Positions 7,821 to 15,835 of a stretch of 32,000 nt of DNA are shown here, piece by piece; the stretch's first letter is position 1; each line of letters begins with the position of its first letter. This stretch comes from Candidatus Omnitrophota bacterium (GTDB taxonomy: Bacteria > Omnitrophota > Gorgyraeia > Zapsychrales > JANLHA01): NCBI GenBank assembly GCA_963662715.1, contig OY759724.1:690001-722000 (forward strand), read 5' to 3'. The translations under genes were made by a program, and so were the position numbers. Below the pieces are notes generated by a model. That model worked only from the letters and a program-made list of their open reading frames with translations. It made no database searches and was not told the origin of the DNA.

Positions 7821-9545
7821 ATGGCGACATTATCAAAACCCTTCGGAAACAGAAAAACATATTTTCTTTCTTTACTGATTATCATCACGGTTAATTTGAT
7901 TGTCTTCTCTCCCTCGTTTCATATCCGGGCCAAAGGCGACCATATCGCCTATCTCATCGAAACCGCCGACATAGAAGACCTGACAGAGTTAATTAATTAC
8001 AGTTATTCCTACTGCCGGACACGGGTTATTTATCCCGGAGACCGCATCTTATTCCGCCCGCTGTTTTATGTTCTTCTTTCCCTTGAGAAATGGCTTTGGG
8101 GTTACAATTTCATTTATTGGCAAATAACGGGCTTCTTCTTTCATATCATCATCCTGTCTTTACTCCTTAGAGCATTAAATACGCTTCAGAGCCACAACAT
8201 TTCATTTCTTTTTGTCCTGTTCTTTTCTGTCTTATACATCGGACACGATCTGGTGACATGGCACCACATGCACGGCTACTTAGTGTTCATAATTTTGCTT
8301 CTCTTCTCCTTTATTCATTTTATTCATTACGTTCAAAATGAGCAGAAAAATCACAAGAATTTATGGAGCATGATCGGATGCCTCTTGCCCGCTGTGTTTA
8401 TCAATGAGTTCGGCGCTGTCGCTGCCATAATATTCTGGGGCACTTTACTGATTCACCGCAAGTTTGTTCTGTCTCCCCGGAGGAAAGGGAATGACGCGGA
8501 CAAAAGATGCTTCCGGAAATTCAACAATTTGACTTTCCTCTTTCTGCCCGTGATAATCTATTTTTATTTAAGCCTGATCGACTTCAACCTGAGATTTTCA
8601 ACAGGCTGTCTTTCCCAGGGATCAAACTTTTTTGCTTCTCTGGCTTCTCCCGGAAAACTCCTTATGCATTTCGTCTCCCTTCTCCTGGCCAGCTTTAGCC
8701 TTCCGGTTATTCCTGCGGCGTTCATGATATTTGTCGATGAAAAAAATTATGCCCAATTCATGAACCTTTCCCTCATCATGCAATATGACCCGCACACAAA
8801 AACTTTCTTCATATTAAATATCCTTCTTCTGCTGACCGCCGTGACGACAGGGGGCATGCTTATTTACAACCTGAGCAAAGACAAAATCCGGCTGAGCCCT
8901 AAGCTACGCGAGGCCTGTCACAATAAACAAATTCAAGATCTTCTTATCATGACATCCCTATGCAGTTTAATGCTTACGGCTTATATTTTTGTCCTGGTAT
9001 TTTTCCGGACATCAGGAAAAACCCTCTCGTATGTTTCTAATAATCTATACCATTTTTATATTCTGACCATATTCCCGGCCATTATTAGCTACTGTATATT
9101 TTTTGTCATCCATAATATCTTTATTAAGCACCAAAAAATGCTGACAAGCCTGACTGTCGTTGTGCTAGTGCTCGGAATTTCTTTAAATGCTTCAAAAGTA
9201 TACATGTTAAATAACATTGCTCAAAAAAAATACGCTCCCTGGACTCAGTTTATCAGAGAATTAGGACAATTTGTCAATGAACATAAAGAAGAACCCGGGT
9301 TCTCTTTTTTCTTTGTAAGCCGAGACACCCCGAATTATTTCCGCGTAACGGCCGAAAACAACCTGGAAAAGAAAGAGATACTCGGGTACACTTCCGATTT
9401 TCTTTTCCGGAGATATATCAACACCCTTTCTCCGAAATATTATCTTATTTTCAGACAGCACGAAGGCATTGTCCCTTTCCAATCCCAAAAAGAGGCAGAA
9501 AAATACCTGCAGCAAGAACAGACAAACCGCTTAACAGCTGAATAA
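7821..9545 (+). CDS. Polytopic membrane protein, GT-C-like (putative glycosyltransferase) with C-terminal soluble domain
   Basis: The ORF track starts at TTG 7809. The ATG at 7821 (MATLSKPF...) is more plausible. There are more than 10 TM segments. The loop KGDHIAY...RVIYPGDRILFRPLFYVLLSLEKWLWGYNFIYWQITGFFFH parallels the TMTC/PMT_2 first-loop architecture. Confidence 0.55.
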   Translation: MATLSKPFGNRKTYFLSLLIIITVNLIVFSPSFHIRAKGDHIAYLIETADIEDLTELINYSYSYCRTRVIYPGDRILFRPLFYVLLSLEKWLWGYNFIYWQITGFFFHIIILSLLLRALNTLQSHNISFLFVLFFSVLYIGHDLVTWHHMHGYLVFIILLLFSFIHFIHYVQNEQKNHKNLWSMIGCLLPAVFINEFGAVAAIIFWGTLLIHRKFVLSPRRKGNDADKRCFRKFNNLTFLFLPVIIYFYLSLIDFNLRFSTGCLSQGSNFFASLASPGKLLMHFVSLLLASFSLPVIPAAFMIFVDEKNYAQFMNLSLIMQYDPHTKTFFILNILLLLTAVTTGGMLIYNLSKDKIRLSPKLREACHNKQIQDLLIMTSLCSLMLTAYIFVLVFFRTSGKTLSYVSNNLYHFYILTIFPAIISYCIFFVIHNIFIKHQKMLTSLTVVVLVLGISLNASKVYMLNNIAQKKYAPWTQFIRELGQFVNEHKEEPGFSFFFVSRDTPNYFRVTAENNLEKKEILGYTSDFLFRRYINTLSPKYYLIFRQHEGIVPFQSQKEAEKYLQQEQTNRLTAE

Positions 9546-9715
9546 CCAATGATCGTCACCCGTCTTCGGGACTCCACAGGCCGGATGGCAGAATGTGCCT
9601 GTCCACATCAGGGCGTGCATTTAATTTTTCTTTGGATCTTAACAGAGAATTTAAAGGAAGGCGGACGCCGATAAAGCAACCATCCGTGCTGGATCAGGAT
9701 TTCAAAAAAAGCCCA

Positions 9716-10270
9716 TTACCCCCGGAGCACAAAAATCTTTTTAATACGGGAACAGATATCCTGCACCTGGACAGGCTTTTCGATAAATTCCACAAATTTA
9801 AAAGAAGCAAAAGAATCTTTCTGCAGACGCCGGTCTGAAAAGATAAAGACCGGAATTTTCCGGCCGATCGGACTGGCTCTTAAAGATTTCATGAAATCCC
9901 AGCCGTGAGAGGCAAGCAAATGACAGTCACAAATAATGAGATCCGGCACCAGTTGCCTCACCTTATTTAAACCTGTCGCCTCATCCTGGGTGAGGAAAGG
10001 CTGAAACCCCAGGTATTTGACCTCCTTGCATACCTGGTAGCCCAGCCCTTTCTTCCGCATAATGCAAAGGATGACCCGGGCCAGCATGTTTTTCATTCTG
10101 CGCTCCATCTCACTAACGAGTTCAGAGGCCGTCACCTGGTCCACCCCCAGTTCGACTAACTTATCAATAATATCCGACTTGTACAGACCGGCTAAAACCT
10201 GCTGAGCGACAAAATCATAAAGGTGAATGATATCTCTTTCTCTTTTTATTCTTTCCTGTTCATCCGTCAT
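9716..10270 (-). CDS. Atypical receiver (REC)-like domain protein with N-terminal helical extension
   Basis: 184 aa. The C-terminal 120 aa align to the CheY fold: phospho-acceptor Asp (PDLIICDCHL), Ser (IPVFIFSD) and Lys-Pro (FIEKPV). The beta1 acidic pair is replaced (RVILCIMRKKGL). No output domain is recognised. Confidence 0.55.
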   Translation of the reverse strand: MTDEQERIKRERDIIHLYDFVAQQVLAGLYKSDIIDKLVELGVDQVTASELVSEMERRMKNMLARVILCIMRKKGLGYQVCKEVKYLGFQPFLTQDEATGLNKVRQLVPDLIICDCHLLASHGWDFMKSLRASPIGRKIPVFIFSDRRLQKDSFASFKFVEFIEKPVQVQDICSRIKKIFVLRG

Positions 10271-10288
10271 GGATTCCTGACTCCCTAA

Positions 10289-11863
10289 CTAAGGGCCTGC
10301 TGTTCCGGCAAGAATCGCCTGAGCGACATTTTCCGCTATTAAACGGTTGCCTTTCGGCGTACAATGGCCGAAATTACCGGCAAAAGAATCCGAGAAAATC
10401 TCGTTATATTCTCCGTGCAGAAGCTCATTCTCAAAATTCTGTTTATTTTCCAAGAAGACGATATCCCGCTGATCCGAAAAAATTTCTTTAAGCGGCCCGA
10501 CATTTCTAAGCGGGTATTGCATGCAAAAAAGACGTACGCGCCGGTCCAGGATCATTCTGGCGATCTCCCGGTAATTCCTGACCGTGACCGGCAAATAGCT
10601 CTCTTCTTCCTCCCGCAGGGCCTTCGCTTTCTGCGCCATCTGCCGGGCTTTTTTTCCGTCTCCCATCTTTCTATAAAGCTGCGCTAATTGTTCATATTGC
10701 AAAAAATCATCCGGATATTCTTTCACCGATTCCTGCAAAACGACCTCTGCCTCCTCGAGATAGTTATGATCCATAAGCCACTTTCCGATGGTGCCGTCCA
10801 CTTTAAAAAGCTTAGTATCCTGCTCAAAGACTTTTTCATAAATGTCCTTGGCCTCTTTTTCCCGTCCGAGCGCTTCATAGCAACGGGCCATTTCCATATG
10901 AGCTAAAACAGTATCCGTGTTTATGGTAACGGCTTTATTTAAAAGAGGCAGCGCTTTATCACAATGATCCTCTTCAGCATAGCTGCGGGCTAGTTCCACA
11001 TAAGCCCCATAATTATCGGGGTCCAGCTGAATCGCATGTTCAAACTGCTCTTCGGCTTCGGGATATCTCTTATGCATCCGGTAAAACCATCCTAAATGCA
11101 CATGATAATAACTTTCCAGCGTTCTCAGTTTTCTAAGCTGCAGATATCCTTTTTTCCGCTTTTCAATATTTTTTTCCTGCGACATCTGAATATTGAGAAT
11201 TTTTATCAGAGACTGTATCTTTTGAATATTTTCCTGGGCCGCTTCCGAGCCTTTGGCATCACTGATATATTCCTCCTCTAAAATCCGCTGCCGTTCCGCG
11301 TTATGCTGGTCCAAATAAGAATCCCCTCCCCGCCACTCCCGCATTTTGGCCGTGATATGAAGCTTGAGATATTGCAGAAGCCGGCAGGTCCGCCAACGGG
11401 AAAAAACAGAAAACACGCCGCCCCGGTTCTGAACGGGTGCCTGCATCTTGAGCGAATCGTTGATTCCGATCATCGCGACGACGGCCTGAGGCCGGTATGT
11501 CTGAAGATATCTGGGAAGCCGCGCCAAAATATCCGAGGAAGTTTTCGAAACCAACCCTTTGTTAATGACCTTGAACGTGATCCGGGACTGTTTCCGGTTC
11601 AATATCTGCTCCAGTTGAGACGGATAGGAATTCTCGCCGCCCAAAGCCGTCGTCGATTCTCCAATGCATAAAATCCGGAACTCCTGCCGGTCAAAGGTCG
11701 CTTTATTCGAGGACTCCTGAAGAAGAGAAAAAACGGCCCCTCCTATTCTTAATCCCGCTTCTAAAATCAATATCGTCAAAACACATCCGAGAAACAGAAG
11801 AAAAATTTTCTGATAAAATTTTGTGGGCTGGTGAGGAGAACGTTTCATGGGGAAGTCCGGCAA
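10289..11863 (-). CDS. Membrane-anchored SGNH/GDSL-like hydrolase interrupted by a TPR block
   Basis: N-terminal TM segment (IFLLFLGCVLTILILEAGL). Block I is FRILCIGESTT, block II KGLVS and block III AMIGINDS. About 270 aa of coiled-coil/TPR follow (YHVHLGWFYRMHKRYPEAEEQFEHAIQLDPDNYGAYVELARSY...). A block V-like NFGHCTPKGNRLIAENV comes last. The track start is TTG 11863; the ATG at 11848 (MKRSPHQ...) is the likelier start. Confidence 0.6.
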   Translation of the reverse strand: MPDFPMKRSPHQPTKFYQKIFLLFLGCVLTILILEAGLRIGGAVFSLLQESSNKATFDRQEFRILCIGESTTALGGENSYPSQLEQILNRKQSRITFKVINKGLVSKTSSDILARLPRYLQTYRPQAVVAMIGINDSLKMQAPVQNRGGVFSVFSRWRTCRLLQYLKLHITAKMREWRGGDSYLDQHNAERQRILEEEYISDAKGSEAAQENIQKIQSLIKILNIQMSQEKNIEKRKKGYLQLRKLRTLESYYHVHLGWFYRMHKRYPEAEEQFEHAIQLDPDNYGAYVELARSYAEEDHCDKALPLLNKAVTINTDTVLAHMEMARCYEALGREKEAKDIYEKVFEQDTKLFKVDGTIGKWLMDHNYLEEAEVVLQESVKEYPDDFLQYEQLAQLYRKMGDGKKARQMAQKAKALREEEESYLPVTVRNYREIARMILDRRVRLFCMQYPLRNVGPLKEIFSDQRDIVFLENKQNFENELLHGEYNEIFSDSFAGNFGHCTPKGNRLIAENVAQAILAGTAGP

Positions 11864-11868
11864 TTCCT

Positions 11869-12927
11869 TTAATTAACCTGCCTGCTTTGGATCTCTTGTT
11901 CAGCGAGTTTTAAAGCCCGGATATCCTTTTTATCCTGCGGGTTCATAACCGGGCAGTATAAAACCCGCAGGGGCTCCGCCTCTTTATATTTTGAATGCCA
12001 TTGAATGAGAGCCGCGGCTGTCGCTAACACGGTCCGGGAAGGATTCCGGGATTTTAAAATAAGCACGGGCCCCGGATAGGCCTCCTCCAGCTGCATCAGC
12101 AGATCTTCCGGCCAGGCATGCTGTTGAAGCTGATGATTCTCGTATTCATTCCGTCCTAAAACAGCCACCGAATCCTCACTCAAACGAAAATACCGGCCCC
12201 ATTTCAGGATCTCTGTTTCCCGATAATGGCGACAACCGAATTGCAGAAAATCTTTCATCTTATTTCCGAAAGGGGGTTCCGTCAGCAAACAGCCTCCGGC
12301 CGGCGGCGCAAAAGTTTTAATCCCCCACTCCTCAGCCAGGGCCAGCTGCCTTTTCCGGGACCGGCCGGAAATATCTAAAAGCCGGCGCCGGTCAACCATC
12401 CCCTCCTCCTCGGGAACCGTGGACGGCAGCAAAAGAGCTGAAAGAGGCCTCAGCAGTCGCCCTTTTAAAGACAAGGCTTTCTCAACGGCACGCAGGCTGT
12501 CCTTCTTTTGAGATTTCGGTCTTTGGCCCATAACTTCTCCGGTGAAAATAAATTCCCCCCCTATTTCCAGCAGGTATTGCGCGGCTTTTTCCATCATAAA
12601 CAAATGGCAATCCATGCACGGGTTAAAGGCGCTGCCGTACCCGAACCGCGGGCGCTTCAGCATTTCCAGATAGTCGTTTTCCAGCTGAAAAATCTTCAAG
12701 GCGATATGCTGTTCCTCAGCCATGGCCCGGACATGATGCATCTTCTCATTTCCCCAGGGAAAGACAAAAAAAATCCCATAGACTTCAACACCTAAATCTT
12801 TCATAAGCCGGACAGCCAAAGCACTGTCCAGGCCTCCGGATATCAGCCCTACAGCTTTTATTTTTGCGCCGCTATGACTTTCCATGTTTTTCATGCTTAT
12901 AATTACCTGGCCCGAAAAATCAGGCAC
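11869..12927 (-). CDS. PP-loop ATP pyrophosphatase, MnmA/ThiI-like (probable tRNA sulfurtransferase family)
   Basis: SGGxDS PP-loop (AVGLISGGLDSALA), NPCMDCH Cys motif and TGEVMGQRPKSQ segment. The track start is a GTG; the in-frame ATGs at 12894 and 12885 are alternatives. Confidence 0.65.
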   Translation of the reverse strand: MPDFSGQVIISMKNMESHSGAKIKAVGLISGGLDSALAVRLMKDLGVEVYGIFFVFPWGNEKMHHVRAMAEEQHIALKIFQLENDYLEMLKRPRFGYGSAFNPCMDCHLFMMEKAAQYLLEIGGEFIFTGEVMGQRPKSQKKDSLRAVEKALSLKGRLLRPLSALLLPSTVPEEEGMVDRRRLLDISGRSRKRQLALAEEWGIKTFAPPAGGCLLTEPPFGNKMKDFLQFGCRHYRETEILKWGRYFRLSEDSVAVLGRNEYENHQLQQHAWPEDLLMQLEEAYPGPVLILKSRNPSRTVLATAAALIQWHSKYKEAEPLRVLYCPVMNPQDKKDIRALKLAEQEIQSRQVN

Positions 12928-12935
12928 AATCGGTC

Positions 12936-13232
12936 CTACAAAAAATCAATCTGGTGATCACAGATTTCAACGGCGTGATACCCGTCAATGAGATTCAGAA
13001 TACTCTGCAAGGCACTTTGAATATAGGAGCGGTCATTCCCTATCATGCTGAAGCCCAGCATGGCTGTCTGCCATTTATCATGGCCGTCAAGTTCAGCCAT
13101 CGACACATTATATGACGGCCTGATTTTATCTTTCAAACGCCTTAAGACCATGCGCTTATCCTTGAGGGATAAAGATTCCCCGATAAACAGATCCACGTAT
13201 AAAACACCGATATGAATCGCCGGTTCCGACAT
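12936..13232 (-). CDS. DUF503 family protein (YlxP-like)
   Basis: 98 aa. IGVLYVDLFIGESLSLKDKRMVLRRLKDKIRPSYNVSMAELDGHDKWQTAMLGFSMIGND matches the DUF503 pattern. A strong RBS GAGGAG lies 4 nt upstream of the ATG. Confidence 0.8.
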   Translation of the reverse strand: MSEPAIHIGVLYVDLFIGESLSLKDKRMVLRRLKDKIRPSYNVSMAELDGHDKWQTAMLGFSMIGNDRSYIQSALQSILNLIDGYHAVEICDHQIDFL

Positions 13233-13345
13233 GCTTCTCCTCAGAATGAAATTTTAAAAAAAATCTGAAGAATCAGACGTTCAGCCTTTTATATTATACC
13301 CTCCCCCCCGGGAAACACATCAGCAATATGCCCGCCAAGAGCCCG

Positions 13346-14287
13346 TTATGCTGTTCTGACCAGTTTAGCCAAAAAGAAACCTGTCATAAAACGGGTCGGA
13401 AGAACCCGGCAACATTGTGTGAGGCGGGCATCAAAATCCCGCTTTTGCCAGGTTTCCAAGCACGGATAGGTTGCGACAGACGGCAGATCAATGGCCTGGA
13501 TCTGAAAATTCCGGTCCGTCTTTCTCAGGAACCAGTCCAGCACACCCTCGTTTTCTTCCGGGGCAAAGGTACACGTGGAGTAAACCAATATCCCGCCCGG
13601 CTTTAACAAACGGCCTGCGGCCAATAAAATCCCCCGTTGTTTTCTGACCATCTCCCTGATCTTTCTCAGGCTCCAGTAAGAATACGTCTTGGGGGCCCGG
13701 ATATGAAAACGGCCTTCGGAACTGCAGGGGACATCCACCAGCACCTTGTCAAACGCCTCCCCGGATGTTCTATAACGCCTGGCATCCAGACAATAAAAAG
13801 ACACATTCTCAGCCCCCAGGCGAAGGGCGACGTTTTTTAACTTGTAAAATCTTGACCGGATCGCTTCCACGGCGACAATGCTTCCCTGATTCTGCATTAA
13901 AGCGGCCATTTGTGTCGTCTTGCTTCCCGGAGCGGCGCACAGATCACAGACTCTTTCCCCCGGCAGAGGATTCAAGACCAGTGCCGGCAACATACTTGCT
14001 AGACTCTGCCTGTAAAGACAGCCCTTGTCAAAATACGATGTCTCCAACAAATTCAAAGCCTCGGGACTTTCCAGAACCCAGGCCGCGGGATTCCAGTCGA
14101 CATCCTGAAAAGCGATCTTTTTTTCTTTCAATAAAGCAATAATTTCTTTGCGGTCGGTTTTCAGGGTATTAATGCGAAGACTGAGCACAGGCTCCGACAT
14201 GAAGGAAGACATCACACAGGAAAAATTCTCCTCGGGAACGATATGCCGCAAACGCTCAATAAAAAGGGGCGGTAATCCGGTATCCAT
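13346..14287 (-). CDS. RsmB/RsmF (NOL1/NOP2/Sun) family RNA cytosine-C5 methyltransferase
   Basis: SAM motif DLCAAPGSKTT and the two catalytic Cys motifs VLVDVPCSSEGRF and GGILVYSTCT. RBS AGGAG overlaps the stop of the upstream DUF77 gene. Confidence 0.85.
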   Translation of the reverse strand: MDTGLPPLFIERLRHIVPEENFSCVMSSFMSEPVLSLRINTLKTDRKEIIALLKEKKIAFQDVDWNPAAWVLESPEALNLLETSYFDKGCLYRQSLASMLPALVLNPLPGERVCDLCAAPGSKTTQMAALMQNQGSIVAVEAIRSRFYKLKNVALRLGAENVSFYCLDARRYRTSGEAFDKVLVDVPCSSEGRFHIRAPKTYSYWSLRKIREMVRKQRGILLAAGRLLKPGGILVYSTCTFAPEENEGVLDWFLRKTDRNFQIQAIDLPSVATYPCLETWQKRDFDARLTQCCRVLPTRFMTGFFLAKLVRTA

Positions 14288-14293
14288 TTTCTC

Positions 14294-14602
14294 CTACTGG
14301 GCCCTCGCTTTTTCCTCTAAAGAACGGACTTTCCCATCCATAGACAAAACTTTATCCTTGCGTTCATCCACTTCCAGGAAAACAACGACTCTGTCCGCAT
14401 GCACCAATACAGCCTGATGAATCTTTGCCGCCAGGACATACAACGTCTCCAAGGAAGGCCCTTCGATGATCGTACCCATGGACGTTATGTGATATTTGAA
14501 GTCCTGTTCTTGTTTAAGAATCCGGACGACCGGCACAAGAAATTCACTGACAGAAGCTGTCGGCGTTCCCAAAGGAATAACTTTCATTTCCATGACAGGC
14601 AT
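14294..14602 (-). CDS. MTH1187/YkoF-like (DUF77) thiamine-binding family protein
   Basis: 102 aa. MEMKVIPLGTPTASVSEFLVPVVRILKQEQDFKYHITSMGTIIEG fits the DUF77 ferredoxin-like family. RBS AAGGAGGG lies 6-7 nt upstream of the ATG. Confidence 0.75.
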   Translation of the reverse strand: MPVMEMKVIPLGTPTASVSEFLVPVVRILKQEQDFKYHITSMGTIIEGPSLETLYVLAAKIHQAVLVHADRVVVFLEVDERKDKVLSMDGKVRSLEEKARAQ

Positions 14603-14788
14603 ATATGGCCCTCCTTGTATAAACGGCTTTCGCAGCCTGGACCTCCAGAGACAATTCCCTCATATTATAAGGGACTCTGGAAAAAAGATAAGCATTATTA
14701 TCGTAAAACTCGATTGCATGTTAGCCGAAAAGATGATAAAAAAAATACAGTATCAAACATGCGCTGTTTTTAAGCTCAAAATAGGGGG

Positions 14789-15670
14789 ATGTCTTTCATG
14801 ACTGATACAACCAGGAAACGGTTCCGTTTTCATGCCAAAAACCGAAACGGCGACTATGAAGACGGGGAGATTGAATCTTTAAGCCAGAACCATGCTCTTG
14901 ACCAGCTCGATGCCAAAGGCCTCTCTGTCATCTCTATCTCAGAAATCAAACAAACGTCTCCTCAGGATGCCCCGCCGCAGGCCACGCCCCCGAAACCTCC
15001 GGCCATCTCCAAGGCCCTGGCCAATAAACTCCTGTACGGATTTATTGTCTGTGCATTTATTTTATCGGTCCTGTTCCTGGCCGGGATTGTGCGTGACGGA
15101 TCAAAACAGGCCCGGCTGACATATCATATTGTCCGGGTGAAGCCTTCGGGACCGAACGATTTCCGCCGCAAAGACATTACCATAAAAGTCCCCAGGGGGG
15201 CTAGGAGCAAGTTTATCAAAACGGTCTCCCAGAAGATCTATGACGATGTCAAAAAGAACAATCCTGTCATGGAAGAGGCTCAATTGTTCTTTTTTTCCGA
15301 GAATCAAGACGTTGATGTTCATAATCCTATTGCTGTCCTGCGCTGGAACTGGGAAGGCTACGGAGCATGGGAATACAACTTCAGCTTTCAGCACGAACAG
15401 GATGCCGATAAAAAAGTGATATTCAAACAAAAGCAATATAAACGGGACAAATTTGTCGTCTACGAGTTCACGTTACCGTCTAATGTCTCCATCGACTCTT
15501 CCATGACTGTGGCGAAAGACCAGCTGGAGGCTCTGGCGCCTCAATGGGAGAAAAAAGTCAAAACGATAAAAGTTGACGTTCATTATGAAGGGTACACCAG
15601 AAATTTAATGACCTGCGAATACGACTTCAGCGGGGAAGGGGCGCAATGTGCCCTCAAGTCCAAAAAATAG
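14789..15670 (+). CDS. Bitopic membrane protein with PilC/GspF-N-terminus-like cytoplasmic motif, Pro-rich linker and unknown periplasmic domain
   Basis: RFRFHAKNRNGDYEDGEIESLSQNHALDQLDAKGLSVISISE follows the F-x-Y-x-A-x-D-x-x-G...G-x-I-x-A...L...G-L-x-x-x-x-I pattern that opens PilC/GspF platform proteins. Then come QDAPPQATPPKPPAIS, a TM segment (LLYGFIVCAFILSVLFLAGIV) and a 190-aa domain I do not recognise. The ATG at 14798 has better spacing to GGGGG (14784-14788) than the ATG at 14789. Confidence 0.55.
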   Translation: MSFMTDTTRKRFRFHAKNRNGDYEDGEIESLSQNHALDQLDAKGLSVISISEIKQTSPQDAPPQATPPKPPAISKALANKLLYGFIVCAFILSVLFLAGIVRDGSKQARLTYHIVRVKPSGPNDFRRKDITIKVPRGARSKFIKTVSQKIYDDVKKNNPVMEEAQLFFFSENQDVDVHNPIAVLRWNWEGYGAWEYNFSFQHEQDADKKVIFKQKQYKRDKFVVYEFTLPSNVSIDSSMTVAKDQLEALAPQWEKKVKTIKVDVHYEGYTRNLMTCEYDFSGEGAQCALKSKK

Positions 15671-15755
15671 GGAAAGCCCCTTGCCTAAGGCCACAGACTT
15701 TCATGGGCAGAGAGGTAAAGCACAAAAAAAGCGATACTTACAGAGATAAAAACAA

Positions 15756-15787
15756 CAACCCATCCCAACCAGGGGTTGCTTTTTTTA
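15756..15787. terminator. Intrinsic terminator between convergent genes
   Basis: CAACCC (15756-15761), an 11-nt loop, GGGTTG (15773-15778), then C and a T7 run. An A-rich run lies on the other side, so it may act in both directions. Confidence 0.5.
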
Positions 15788-15835
15788 TTTGATGTCACGG
15801 CTTTCTCCTTTCTTAAAAACTCCCCCTCAAAAGCC

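Noticed and set aside
14603-14660. Possible TPP riboswitch upstream of the DUF77 (thiamine-binding family) gene
   Set aside because: The leader is only about 60-100 nt. It lacks the conserved CUGAGA and ACCUGAUCUGGAUAAUGCCAGCG-type elements.
14679-14693. TGG-N-GC sigma54-like element (TGGAAAAAAGATAAGC) upstream of the 14789 gene
   Set aside because: The GG and GC are separated by 11 nt instead of the required 10, and the -12 region lacks TTGC.
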